A stretch of 64,000 nt of DNA, from IMG/VR virus record IMGVR_UViG_3300015371_000003, positions 32,001 to 96,000 of that record; one strand, 5' to 3'. The stretch comes from a virus. Position numbers and translations under genes: made by a program. The notes below the pieces were generated by a model, which searched no databases, was not told the DNA's origin, and saw nothing but the letters and a program-made list of their open reading frames with translations. Below are positions 8,333-18,100 of this stretch, piece after piece (position 1 is the first letter of the stretch; each line of letters starts with the position of its first letter).

Positions 8333-10312
8333 ATGGAGTTTGTTTCCTTCGGATTCACGAACGATGAGGCGGCTGGTTCCCCGGAACTATTGGGGGGCAA
8401 GGGCGCGGGCCTCTTGTGGCTGTCACGGCAAGGGGTGCCGGTGCCACCCGGATTCGTGATTCCTACGTCCGTCTGGGCGGAGTACGACAAAAAGCCGAAG
8501 TCCACGATGAAGGCGATTGCCAAGGCATTGCCGGTCTATCTGAAGCAACTCGACGCCTACTTCGGGTACCGTCCGCTTCTTTCCGTCCGCTCGGGTGCCC
8601 GTGTCTCGTGCCCCGGCATGATGGATACGATCCTCAACGTGGGGATCGACGGCGATACCACGGCGGAATGGCTCAAGCGGTTGGGTCCGACGTGCTTCGG
8701 GGATAGCTTCAAGCGGCTGGTCCAGATGTACGGGTCCGTCGTCAAGGGGCTTCGCAAGGAAATCTTCGACGGGGATCTGAAGACGGCCCTCGACGTGTAT
8801 CAGGCCAAAACGGAGCAGGCGTTTCCGGACGCTGAAGCCCAACTCCTTGGAGCCATCGAAGCGGTGTTCAAGTCGTGGGATAACGACCGGGCGGAGGAGT
8901 ACCGCAAGATGCACGGGTACGACCGGGCGTGGGGAACGGCGGTCACGGTGCAAGCGATGGTCTTCGGGAATCTGAACGACCAGAGCGGAACCGGCGTGCT
9001 GTTCACGCGCAACCCGAATACCGGCGACAACGAAGTCACGGGCGAATATCTCCGCAACGCGCAGGGGGAAGATATCGTGGCCGGGATCCGGACCCCGGAG
9101 CAGTTGCACGAGTTGCCGTTTGATTTCGGCGTGCCCTTGCATTCGGATCTTCTGGATCTGGTCAAGAAACTCGAAACGCTCAAGCGGGAAATGCTCGACA
9201 TCGAATTCACGATTCAGAACGGCAAGCTGTATCTCTTGCAGGTTCGCAGTGGCAAGCGCACGGCTATTGCCGCCCTGAAGATTGCGGTGGATCTGACGAA
9301 GCAGGGGTTGATCGATGCTCAAACAGCGGTGAGCCGGGTATCGCCCCGTGAATTCGATTTGGCGCAGGAAACGATACTGGATCCGGCGTTTACGACGGTC
9401 CCGGCATTTCAGGGGATCGGAGCCAGCAACGGGATCGTCAGCGGCGTGCCGGTGTTCACGAAGGAAGACGCCATCGAAAGCAAGGTGCCCTGCATCCTCG
9501 TGCGAGAAGAAACGACGCCGGAGGATATCAAGGGAATGAATGCGGCGGCGGGCGTGCTGACGATGAAGGGGGGCTTCACGTCGCATGCGGCGGTGGTGGC
9601 CCGTCAGATGAATCGGGCGTGCGTCGTCGGGCTGGAGCAGTCGGTGGAAGCGTTTACGAATGTCGAAGTCATCAGCCTTGACGGAGCCACGGGCCGGGTG
9701 TGGACCGAAAAGGTGCCGGTCATCAGCGGGCAGACCAACGGCGTGGTCAAGGATTTCACGGCAATGGTCTACTCGACACTGAACGGGGTCATCCCGATTG
9801 TGTTCGACGTGCCCACGGTGCCGGTCAACGAAGCGTTGCTCTATCTGGGGGATCAGATTCTGCATCCGGAGCAGGCGATTCAGACGGTGTTGCTCTCGTT
9901 GTCAAAGGTGCAGCGGCTGTATCTGGATCTGGTCCCAAGCGAGGAGGAATCACGGTTCCTCAAGCTGGTGGCGGCTCACAAGGTGACGGAGCGGTTTCTG
10001 GAAGCCTTGTCTCAGGTGCTGCCGAAGCATCACCCGCTGTTTTCTCGGTTGGTGGTGGTGGTCAAGCCGGGAGTGACCGTGGCGTTCTCGCACATGGTGG
10101 CGGGCGCGGATCTGCGGTCCCTCGTGCTGTCGGATACGGAAGTGATTCTGGACGGCGTGGATACGCTGGACCCGGCGATTCAGCGGGTGCTGGCGTGGAA
10201 GCTGGCGCAGGGGCTGTCGGCGGTGTCTATCGGCGCGTATGTGCCGGAGGCCAAGTCCATGTTGAGCGTGTCTCAAGCGTTGCAATTGATTGCCAACGGG
10301 AAGGGGGCATGA
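8333..10312 (+). CDS. Pyruvate phosphate dikinase-like protein (ATP-grasp plus phospho-His swivel domain; lacks the PEP/pyruvate barrel)
   Basis: LGGKG, SVRSGARVSCPGMMDTILN, QAMVFGN, LQVRSGKRTA and GGFTSHAAVVAR motifs; 659 aa with an unrelated ~190-aa C-terminus. Confidence 0.85.
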   Translation: MEFVSFGFTNDEAAGSPELLGGKGAGLLWLSRQGVPVPPGFVIPTSVWAEYDKKPKSTMKAIAKALPVYLKQLDAYFGYRPLLSVRSGARVSCPGMMDTILNVGIDGDTTAEWLKRLGPTCFGDSFKRLVQMYGSVVKGLRKEIFDGDLKTALDVYQAKTEQAFPDAEAQLLGAIEAVFKSWDNDRAEEYRKMHGYDRAWGTAVTVQAMVFGNLNDQSGTGVLFTRNPNTGDNEVTGEYLRNAQGEDIVAGIRTPEQLHELPFDFGVPLHSDLLDLVKKLETLKREMLDIEFTIQNGKLYLLQVRSGKRTAIAALKIAVDLTKQGLIDAQTAVSRVSPREFDLAQETILDPAFTTVPAFQGIGASNGIVSGVPVFTKEDAIESKVPCILVREETTPEDIKGMNAAAGVLTMKGGFTSHAAVVARQMNRACVVGLEQSVEAFTNVEVISLDGATGRVWTEKVPVISGQTNGVVKDFTAMVYSTLNGVIPIVFDVPTVPVNEALLYLGDQILHPEQAIQTVLLSLSKVQRLYLDLVPSEEESRFLKLVAAHKVTERFLEALSQVLPKHHPLFSRLVVVVKPGVTVAFSHMVAGADLRSLVLSDTEVILDGVDTLDPAIQRVLAWKLAQGLSAVSIGAYVPEAKSMLSVSQALQLIANGKGA

Positions 10313-10572
10313 TGGCTCTAAGCATTGGGGTGTCAGTCGGGAGTAAGATAGATATTGGCGGGCATGTTCTTCAGGTGAAATCACTCGCCCCACCGAATAT
10401 CGTGGTCATCACGATAGATCGTGGGGAGGAGATTGTCATCAGTGAGGGCAAGTCGGTGGAAATTCTGCCGGGGGTCAAGGTGCAATCAGGCTCCGGCGGC
10501 AACCGGCTGGCCTTCCATGCAGCGAAGTCGATTCGGATTTCACGGATGGGGGAAGCCTTTCAAAAGGGTTGA
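10309..10572 (+). CDS. CsrA/RsmA-like RNA-binding protein
   Basis: ATGA-coupled start; ALSIGVSVGSKIDIG…GNRLAFHAAKSIRISR matches the CsrA N- and C-terminal strands with an internal insertion. Confidence 0.5.
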   Translation: MMALSIGVSVGSKIDIGGHVLQVKSLAPPNIVVITIDRGEEIVISEGKSVEILPGVKVQSGSGGNRLAFHAAKSIRISRMGEAFQKG

Positions 10573-10576
10573 ACAG

Positions 10577-10903
10577 ATGCAGATCAGTCCTAAAGTCATG
10601 CGCGTGCTCCAAGCGGAGAAGATTCCTGCTGAGGAACTGTACCGCATGCTGGATGACGTGGCGTTCACGTCGATTCGTGGATGCAACCGGCGGTACTTCC
10701 AGTGGTTGTTTCTCGTGAAGGATAATGTCCTTCAGGATATGCAGCGGCTGGATCTGGTGCAAGTCGGGAAAGGCCAGAACCGCATGCTGGAGGAGCACGA
10801 AGCATGCGACGGCGAAGGCTGTCGGGAGTGCGGGTGGGTAGGCAGTATTTCACGGGCCGTAAACGACGTGACGGCCACGATGATCCAGTCCGCAGGGTTT
10901 TGA
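10577..10903 (+). CDS. Hypothetical protein with a Zn-finger-like motif (HEACDGEGCRECGWVG)
   Basis: DnaJ-type Cys/Gly motif near the C-terminus. Confidence 0.55.
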   Translation: MQISPKVMRVLQAEKIPAEELYRMLDDVAFTSIRGCNRRYFQWLFLVKDNVLQDMQRLDLVQVGKGQNRMLEEHEACDGEGCRECGWVGSISRAVNDVTATMIQSAGF

Positions 10904-10929
10904 CAAACGACCAGTAGTTGTGCGATACT
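10900..10929 (+). promoter_or_regulatory. sigma70-type promoter TTGACA-18-GATACT
   Basis: -35 overlaps the upstream stop; TG-extended -10. Confidence 0.6.
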
Positions 10930-10955
10930 AGATACCTCAAAGGAGTGAGGCTCAG

Positions 10956-11489
10956 ATGGCTTTAGGGCAGTTACGGCTACCAGTGAACAAGCGGCAGTAC
11001 TTCGTGGTGACGGGAGGCCCGTTCCACGAGTGTCCGCCCAACATGCAGGGCGTCAAGATGGCGAAGGAAATCAAGCAGGCGTGTGCCGTGGACATTCCCA
11101 CGGCTGATTTCCAGACGCCGGATCGGTTGGTGCTCTATCGTGGGCTGCACAAAGCCCTCGATTTGGTGCTGGCCGGGGAACCCCTGTATGTGGGGTGCAT
11201 GGGCGGCAAGGGGCGGACGGGGCTGTTTCTGGCCGTGCTGGTCAAAGCCTTCGGGGTCAAGAAACCGGTGGAATTCGTGCGGGCGAACTACTATGCCCAT
11301 GCGGTGGAGACGGATGAGCAAATGGCGTTCGTCCGGAAGTTCACCATTACGCCCCCGATGCGGCGGAAGATCAAGCGGCTTCGGCGGTGGTCGTGGCTCC
11401 GGTTCTGGAAGCGGAACCTGACCCGTCTCCCGGCTCCGGAAGGGGAGAAGCAGGCACCGGCCATGCGGAAGGTGGCCGGAGGCCGGTGA
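10956..11489 (+). CDS. Protein-tyrosine/dual-specificity phosphatase family (CX5R)
   Basis: VGCMGGKGRTG P-loop, DFQTP acid loop, AVETDEQ Q-loop. Confidence 0.85.
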   Translation: MALGQLRLPVNKRQYFVVTGGPFHECPPNMQGVKMAKEIKQACAVDIPTADFQTPDRLVLYRGLHKALDLVLAGEPLYVGCMGGKGRTGLFLAVLVKAFGVKKPVEFVRANYYAHAVETDEQMAFVRKFTITPPMRRKIKRLRRWSWLRFWKRNLTRLPAPEGEKQAPAMRKVAGGR

Positions 11490-11490
11490 T

Positions 11491-11520
11491 TTGACAAACG
11501 CCCACGGTTGGGTGTATACT
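11491..11520 (+). promoter_or_regulatory. sigma70-type promoter TTGACA-18-TATACT
   Basis: Near-consensus hexamers in an intergenic gap. Confidence 0.75.
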
Positions 11521-11559
11521 GGTTGAGTCAGTGGGGAGTCTCAAGGGAGTGAGCAGATC

Positions 11560-12675
11560 ATGAAGTTTCGTCCGACCAACACATTGGCGTATTTCAATGC
11601 CGCGCCCCAGACGCATCTGCATGATCTGTCGGATCTGCCGATTGCGGTGCTGGCGGAGGCCACGAAGAAGTACCGGGAGACGTGCGGCACTGTCTCGCCC
11701 AATGACGGCGCGGTGACGTTCTACACGCTGAACCATTGTGCGTCGATTGTGCGAAAGCTGTTCACGCCCCATGAAACGCTGCCGGAGTGGGCGCGGGTCA
11801 TCATGCAGACCTATACGACCGTTTGCATGGATCAGGGTGAGCGGATGCTGCACTACATCCTGAGTATCACCACACGGGAAATGCGTCATGTGTCCTCCTC
11901 GAAAGAGGCGCTGTGGAACGGCATGACGAAAGAGGCCGGAGCAGCGGTCGCACAGTTCATCAAGGGGAACTGCGCCAACGGGGAAGATTCGGCGGTGTCG
12001 AAGTACATGAACAATCCGCCGAATGCGACGGTGGGGCAGTACATCGGCGGCATGGCGTACGGGTTCTGGAATGGGTGGGGGAAGTACACCCCGGAGACAA
12101 TGGAGAATTGGAGCGGCGGCTACGGTGGCCCGACGTGGGCACTTGTGGCGGAAGCGGCTCGGGCCATGCTGACGGGCACCACGTCAATGGAAATGCTGGT
12201 GGACACGGGCTATACGCTGGCCCACAACGGTGGTCCCATTTTCAACAAGGGGATGATGTACACCCACTACGACAGTCATTTCCTGACGATTCTGGATTTA
12301 CAGCGGGCGGGTCAGATGCTGGATCTGCTGACCGGGACCAATTTGCATGGGATCAAGAAGACGCCTGAAGCGGTGGCGGCGGTGGCAGCGATTCAGCAAC
12401 CCGAGGCACAGCAGGCGATTGAAACGTTTCTGCCGGGAGAGGTGATTTTCAAGGGGTACATCGATTGGAAGCTGGTGGATGATCTTCGCCCGGATAAGTC
12501 GAAGAACCCCGGCAAGTATCACGCGCAGATTCACGCGCAGGCGCAGCCTACGGCGACGGTGAAGCCGAAGCCGAAGACGATCAAGTTTCACGGGAAGAAG
12601 GCCAAGGCAGTCGGGGAATTTCTGGTCTATCCCAAGCAGACGGTCAAGATTATCGAACGGACGGGGGGCAAGTGA
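11560..12675 (+). CDS. Hypothetical phage protein (GYGGxxW…D…AHNGGPIFNKG motif)
   Basis: 371 aa with its own promoter and strong SD; conserved-looking motifs, function not recognised. Confidence 0.7.
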   Translation: MKFRPTNTLAYFNAAPQTHLHDLSDLPIAVLAEATKKYRETCGTVSPNDGAVTFYTLNHCASIVRKLFTPHETLPEWARVIMQTYTTVCMDQGERMLHYILSITTREMRHVSSSKEALWNGMTKEAGAAVAQFIKGNCANGEDSAVSKYMNNPPNATVGQYIGGMAYGFWNGWGKYTPETMENWSGGYGGPTWALVAEAARAMLTGTTSMEMLVDTGYTLAHNGGPIFNKGMMYTHYDSHFLTILDLQRAGQMLDLLTGTNLHGIKKTPEAVAAVAAIQQPEAQQAIETFLPGEVIFKGYIDWKLVDDLRPDKSKNPGKYHAQIHAQAQPTATVKPKPKTIKFHGKKAKAVGEFLVYPKQTVKIIERTGGK

Positions 12676-13406
12676 TGGCGTGGGAAGACTGGAAGTCCAA
12701 GAAGCAGTCGGCGGACACGGCGTTCGCAGGCACGGCGTACTCGGTGCGGTGTTACGAGTCACACCCCGTGCTCAAGATCGGCAAGGGCAGGCTCTATGGG
12801 GGTAGTGCTCGCAACCCGGTGAAGGAGATGGACGTGTATGTGGTCCTTCAGAACGGGGATCAGGGCGGGCGGCAGTCGGATCCGTGGGACAAGCAGGCAG
12901 TCACGGAAATCTACTACGGCATCAACGACATGCACGCGCCGTCCAACGTGGCCCGGTTCAAGAAGCTGGTGACGTGGATTTGCACTCAATTGCAGGCGGG
13001 CAAGAAGGTCCACGTCGGCTGTATCGGTGGGCATGGACGAACCGGCACGGTGCTCTCCGCCATCATCGCGGAGGCGTTGAAGGAGAAGGATGCGATCCAG
13101 TGGGTGCGGAAGCACTACTGCAAGAAGGCGGTGGAGTCCAAGGATCAAGTCGCGTTCCTGATGAAGCATTACGGGGTGACGCAGGCCAAGGCGACGAAGG
13201 ATTACACGGGGTTGCTCCGGCGAGACAGCATTGAACCGGTCAGGACGGCGGGTCAAATGCCGTTGCTCCAACCGTCGTGGGTGAACACCCCGGTGGGTCA
13301 GGTGAAGTCAGGGACCACGAAGCGGGCGGTGCCGGAGAAGGCCACGAAGTCGTATGGCCCCATGGCGTCCGTCCGGAGTCTGTGGAAGCCCAAGCGGGGG
13401 ATTTGA
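12675..13406 (+). CDS. Protein-tyrosine/dual-specificity phosphatase family (CX5R)
   Basis: HVGCIGGHGRTG, DMHAP and AVESKDQ motifs; TGATG coupling. Confidence 0.85.
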   Translation: MAWEDWKSKKQSADTAFAGTAYSVRCYESHPVLKIGKGRLYGGSARNPVKEMDVYVVLQNGDQGGRQSDPWDKQAVTEIYYGINDMHAPSNVARFKKLVTWICTQLQAGKKVHVGCIGGHGRTGTVLSAIIAEALKEKDAIQWVRKHYCKKAVESKDQVAFLMKHYGVTQAKATKDYTGLLRRDSIEPVRTAGQMPLLQPSWVNTPVGQVKSGTTKRAVPEKATKSYGPMASVRSLWKPKRGI

Positions 13407-13431
13407 CAAATCCCTAGCCCGGTGCTATACT
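13403..13431 (+). promoter_or_regulatory. sigma70-type promoter TTGACA-17-TATACT
   Basis: Perfect -35 overlapping a stop codon; TGn-extended -10. Confidence 0.8.
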
Positions 13432-13474
13432 GGATGCCGGTCGAGTAAACTTTAGCTCAAGGGAGTGGGCAGCA

Positions 13475-14434
13475 ATGGCAGTGAAACTTAGTTCCGAAGC
13501 ACAGTTGGTGTTCTTCAACCAAATCTTCGGGTCAACCCATCCGGTGGTCGGACAGGCCAAAGCCCTGTTGCAGTCCGGGGTCACGTTCGAAGTCGGTCTG
13601 TACGAGATACAGGCGCATGTCGGCGGCAAGCTGTTGACCAGTCTCAAGCTGACCTATGGGACCACGCCACTGATGAAGGGGCAGGCCAATTCGGTGGTGC
13701 TCGGTCACAACAAAGCCCTCATCGAAGGGTGGGTGGAGGGGGTGTTCAAGAAGCAGGGATCCCCGGCGGTGTATGCGGCGGCGGTGGCTCCGAAGGCTCT
13801 GGTATCGGTGGTGCTCACGGGCGTCTCGGCTCTCGTGGGATCGGTGCTCCCGCTGATCAAGGTGGTTAATGAAGCAATGGGAACCACGGGCACCCTCAAG
13901 GATGCCAAAGCTGCCGTGGACAAGGCCAAGGATGGCATTGCGTCGGTCATCGGTTCGTTTTCGCCCGCTGATGCGGCAACGTTGGCGGCGGCACTGCAAG
14001 CCAAAGGTGGACAGGTGACGGTTGGGGGTGTGGCACCGAAGCCGGTGTTTGCTCCGCAACAGCCGGTGGCCTACAACGCGGCGAAGGTGGATGCCGTGAT
14101 CGATTTGAAAGCGGCGGCGGCACTCGGCCAGAAGGTGCATGGGACCAGTACGGGCAGCGTCTACTACTGCATTGCGATGACGGAGCACGTCAAGGTGGCG
14201 GCACGGCTGACCGCCGGAGGTTCTGTCTCCATTCGCGTGGAGTGGACGGACAATCCGAAGGATGATCTGAAGAAGCTGACGGAGGCCGGGGTCATCATGA
14301 AGCAGGGGTATGGCTCCATCCATTTCGATGCCGAGAACGTGCCCATGCCGCGAGTCGTCGGCGCGTTTCTTCTGGGCACCGGCATCAACTGGAAGCAGAT
14401 CGTCACCAACGGTGCGGAACTGGTGGTGGCGTGA
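13475..14434 (+). CDS. Protein with an internal ribosomal L7/L12 C-terminal-like domain
   Basis: VSVVLTG…LIKVVNEAMG..GTLKDAKAAVD…SPADAATLAAALQAKGGQVTV aligns by eye to the L7/L12 CTD. Confidence 0.55.
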   Translation: MAVKLSSEAQLVFFNQIFGSTHPVVGQAKALLQSGVTFEVGLYEIQAHVGGKLLTSLKLTYGTTPLMKGQANSVVLGHNKALIEGWVEGVFKKQGSPAVYAAAVAPKALVSVVLTGVSALVGSVLPLIKVVNEAMGTTGTLKDAKAAVDKAKDGIASVIGSFSPADAATLAAALQAKGGQVTVGGVAPKPVFAPQQPVAYNAAKVDAVIDLKAAAALGQKVHGTSTGSVYYCIAMTEHVKVAARLTAGGSVSIRVEWTDNPKDDLKKLTEAGVIMKQGYGSIHFDAENVPMPRVVGAFLLGTGINWKQIVTNGAELVVA

Positions 14435-14691
14435 TGATCTGCCGGGATGCGATCCGATTGGAGTCGGCGGCGGCACAGCACGAACTGAAGCTGCTCGAAT
14501 CGATGCAGGTCGGGGGCACCCGGCGAGGGGTGCTTCTTCCGGCCCTCTCCGTGGGGGTGGAGTGGACCCTGATGACGGCCAAGCCGGGGTACTGGGAATT
14601 CGACGGCACGTTTTTCGGTCAGCCGTTCTACCGGCTGGTCATTCGCACGGATGCGGGGTTGCTGACGCTCGAAGTGCAGGAGGCCAAGTAA
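14434..14691 (+). CDS. Hypothetical protein
   Basis: About 85 aa, translationally coupled on both sides. Confidence 0.55.
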   Translation: MICRDAIRLESAAAQHELKLLESMQVGGTRRGVLLPALSVGVEWTLMTAKPGYWEFDGTFFGQPFYRLVIRTDAGLLTLEVQEAK

Positions 14692-15185
14692 TGGATCTGG
14701 CGTATTTCGCGGCGGATACCCTTGGGGTGACGCTCTACCAAATTGGGGACACGTTGACGGCCAACGAGGTGCGCCAGACGGCACTCGGGCCATGGACGCT
14801 GGATCTGCCGATGGATGTGGAGTCCGATATCCTCTCCGGCACTGAGCTAGGCTTCTGGGTCACGCTTGGCAAGCAATTGCACCTCTACGTGGTCGTGCGG
14901 GAGAAGGAGAACTGGCTGTTCGTCCTGAACCACACGAAGCTGGCGGACTGCGAGCAACAGACCCTGTTCGAAGCCCAGACCATCATCGGACGGCTGAAGG
15001 AATTCAAACCGGCTATTGTGGGCGTGTTTGAGTGGGGTGACAACGAGTGGACCCAAGTCAAGTATGATGGGGGCGGGAGCGAGCATGCTGACGATCTGGA
15101 CGAAGGGTCTTCCGAACAAGGTACTGCAAGCGTTCTCCCCGGTGCTGCGTTCGGTACCGCATCTGCCCGTCCACGTCGTCAGTGA
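14691..15185 (+). CDS. Hypothetical protein
   Basis: TAATG-coupled start with SD ggagg (MDLAYFAADTLG…); 3' end overlaps the polymerase start. Confidence 0.55.
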   Translation: MDLAYFAADTLGVTLYQIGDTLTANEVRQTALGPWTLDLPMDVESDILSGTELGFWVTLGKQLHLYVVVREKENWLFVLNHTKLADCEQQTLFEAQTIIGRLKEFKPAIVGVFEWGDNEWTQVKYDGGGSEHADDLDEGSSEQGTASVLPGAAFGTASARPRRQ

Positions 15186-18100
15186 TTTTACCGTCCCCGC
15201 TGGCACCAAGACCATCTTGGCGCTTGGCGGGGATTCTCTCAAGCAACTCCAAACCGAAAAGGTGATCGCCAAGAACCGGACGATCACCGCCTACCGGACC
15301 CTCCCGCAAATGCGGGGCGGCGTGCCGGTGCTCATCAGCTACGATTCGAGCATCGGAGAGATTGATTACGGCTACCACGTCGATCTGTTGACGGACGTGA
15401 CGCTGGCGATTCGGTTTTGTCTGACCGGCAACTGGAAACCCGCCTACGGCAAGTATCGCTACGTCCCTGACTTCGCGGAGCTATGCACGTCGATTGAGCA
15501 GCAGCACAAGGCGACCGGCAAACCGGTGGACGTGGCGAAGGATCTGGAAACGTTGGGGCTGGATCCGTATGCCCTCCCCTCCCTGAATCCTCTCTACCCC
15601 GGTGCCTACATCGTGACCATGCAGGCCACGCACCAAGCGGGCACCGCAGATGTAGTGCGCTTCAGTAATCGGGAACACGAGACGGAACGTTTACAAGATC
15701 AGACACTTCGTGAGCAGATTGAGTTTCTGTTGCGCTGTCCCTACGTGCGGCTGAAGGGGGCGAATTTCAAATACGATTTGCATTGGCTGTGGAAGCGGGG
15801 CGGCTTTACCTGTTCCACGTTCTGTTTTGATACCACTATCGTTGGCTCGCTGCTGGATGAGAACCGGTCCAACTCCCTCGACACGCACACCAAGATTTAC
15901 GTGCCGTCGTTGGGTGGGTATGCAGACGTGTTCAACGCGACGGTGGACAAGAGTCGCATGGATCAAGTTCCACCGGATCAACTTCTCCCGTATGCGGGCG
16001 GCGACGTGGATGCGGATCTACAGGTGGCGGCAGCACAGAAGTCGGAACTACTCCGAGACAAGCAACTCACCTCGTTCTACGTGAACATCCTCCACCCGGC
16101 AGCACGGGCCTTCGAATGGGTGGAGCAAGGGGGTGTCCTTGTCGATCTGCCTGCCTTTCAGGAACTGAAGGCAGATTTGGAGCAGGAGCACCAACGGCTG
16201 GTCAAAGAGGCGTGCAAGATCATGGGCGGGCGCATCGTGGCGAAGCACGGTTACATGGTGGACCCCGGTGGTTTCAATCTCACCAAGGCGTCCATGCTCT
16301 GTGACTTCATGTTCAGTCCGATGGGGCTGAATCTGAAACCGCAGATGTATACGGCGAAGCCCGATAAGGATGGGATCAAACGCCCCTCGACGGCAATGGA
16401 ACACCTTGAGATGTTTGCGGAGGTGCCGGAGGCCAAAGCCTTCGTGGAGATTATCCGTGAAGACTCTGGGGTGATGAAGACGTATAACACCTATGTGGTA
16501 GGGTTCTTGGAACATCTCAGGTCGGACGGACGCTTTCACCCCACGTATTATTTGTTCGTAGGCAACCGGGATGACGGGGAAGGCGGGGCCAAGACGGGGC
16601 GGCTCTCCTGTAAAGCTCCGGCCTTCCAGTGTTGCGTGGGCGAGACAGAAGTGGTCACGAATCAGGGGTCACGATGTATTGATTGGTTGGTGGAGCAACG
16701 GGGAGCAGGACTCCATGTGCTGAGCCATACCGGGCAGTGGCAACCGATTGTAGACGTGCATCGAAATGGCGTCCAGCCAGTGTTTCGTGTGAGCACGGTT
16801 AGTGGTCGTGCAATTGACTGCACGGCAAACCATCCGTTGTTGACGCCTGTTGGGTGGGTAAGAACAGATCAGTTGGTGGTGGGGGATCGCTGTTATGTCA
16901 CTCGGACACCGCACGCAACATTACACGAGTCCGACGTATTACTCGTGGAGCGCGATGAAGAATCGTTGCTTGTCGAAGACATCGAAAGATTGGTCCAAGT
17001 ATGGGGGGCGTGGGATCAAAGTGTGCCCTCAGTGGATGACCTTCGAAGGCTTCTTGAACAACATGGGCGAGAAGCCGGGGAAGGGATGGTCTATCGAGCG
17101 GAAAGACGTAAACGGGAATTACGAACCGGGCAATTGTTACTGGGCGACATTGAAGGAGCAGGGCAGCAATCGTCGGAATACCAAATGGATTACATTCGAG
17201 AACAAGACGCAGACCGAGGCGCAGTGGGCGCGGGAGTACGGGATTTCCAGAGGCCGGTTGCATTACCGGCTCTCGATTGGCCTTCCGATGGAGCAAGCAC
17301 TGATGAAGACTACCCGCCCGACCGGAGTGTCTTCCAAGAAGACTGCATCGTTTCTATCGAACCAGTAGGTGAGCGAGAGACGTTTGATTTGACCATTGAA
17401 GGCAGTCATTCGTTCATAGCGAACGGGATTGCGGTCCACAACACGGTGCCCAAGCACACCAAGTACGCACAGCGAATCCGGCGTTGTTATCCGGCTCCAC
17501 CCGGATACGTGGTTGTGGAGCGGGATTACGGACAAGGGGAGCTACGGGTCATTGCGTGCGTAGCCCACGAGACGGGCATGCTGGCGGTGTTCAAAGCAGG
17601 CCGGGACATTCACGCAGACACCGCAGCCCCCTTCTCCGGCTTCACGTATGAGAAGCTGATGGCGTTGGAGGCGACGGATCCCCACACCTTCGAAGAAACG
17701 CGGCAGCTTGGCAAGGCAGGCAATTTTGGGTTGTGCTTCGGCATGAAGGAAGATGGGTTTGTCATCTACGCACGGGTGAACTACGGGGTGAACCTCTCGT
17801 GGGATGAGGCGCACGATTTTCGAAACGGGTTCTTCAAGAAGTACCCGCAACTGCTGGTCTATCACGAGTGGGCCAAGTCGTATGCGCGGCAACACAAATT
17901 CATTCGAACCCCCCTTGGACGGCTGAGACACCTCCCCCTGATCAAGAGTCCCAATCGAGAAGTGGCGGCAAAGGCGGAGCGGCAGGCCATCAACAGTCCG
18001 ATTCAAGGGTGCCTCACGGATATGGGCCTGTGGACGATAGCGTTGGAGCAACAGTCCGGGTTGGCAGAGATTGCGCCATGCTTCGGAGCCTGCCATGATT

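Noticed and set aside
8423-9865. 480-aa minus-strand ORF (and similar ones such as 37485..38663 and 25307..26389)
   Set aside because: Antisense shadows of strongly codon-biased GC-rich genes, with no motifs or RBS.
9700-10308. Long N-terminal extensions in the ORF track (9700, 7428, 14310, 36353, 42898, 44479)
   Set aside because: They overlap real upstream genes; coupled starts with SD lie downstream (10309, 7659, 14691, 36920, 43165, 44761).
8333-10312. Calling the gene ppdK (auxiliary metabolic PPDK)
   Set aside because: The C-terminal PEP/pyruvate-binding domain is missing, so canonical activity is unsupported.
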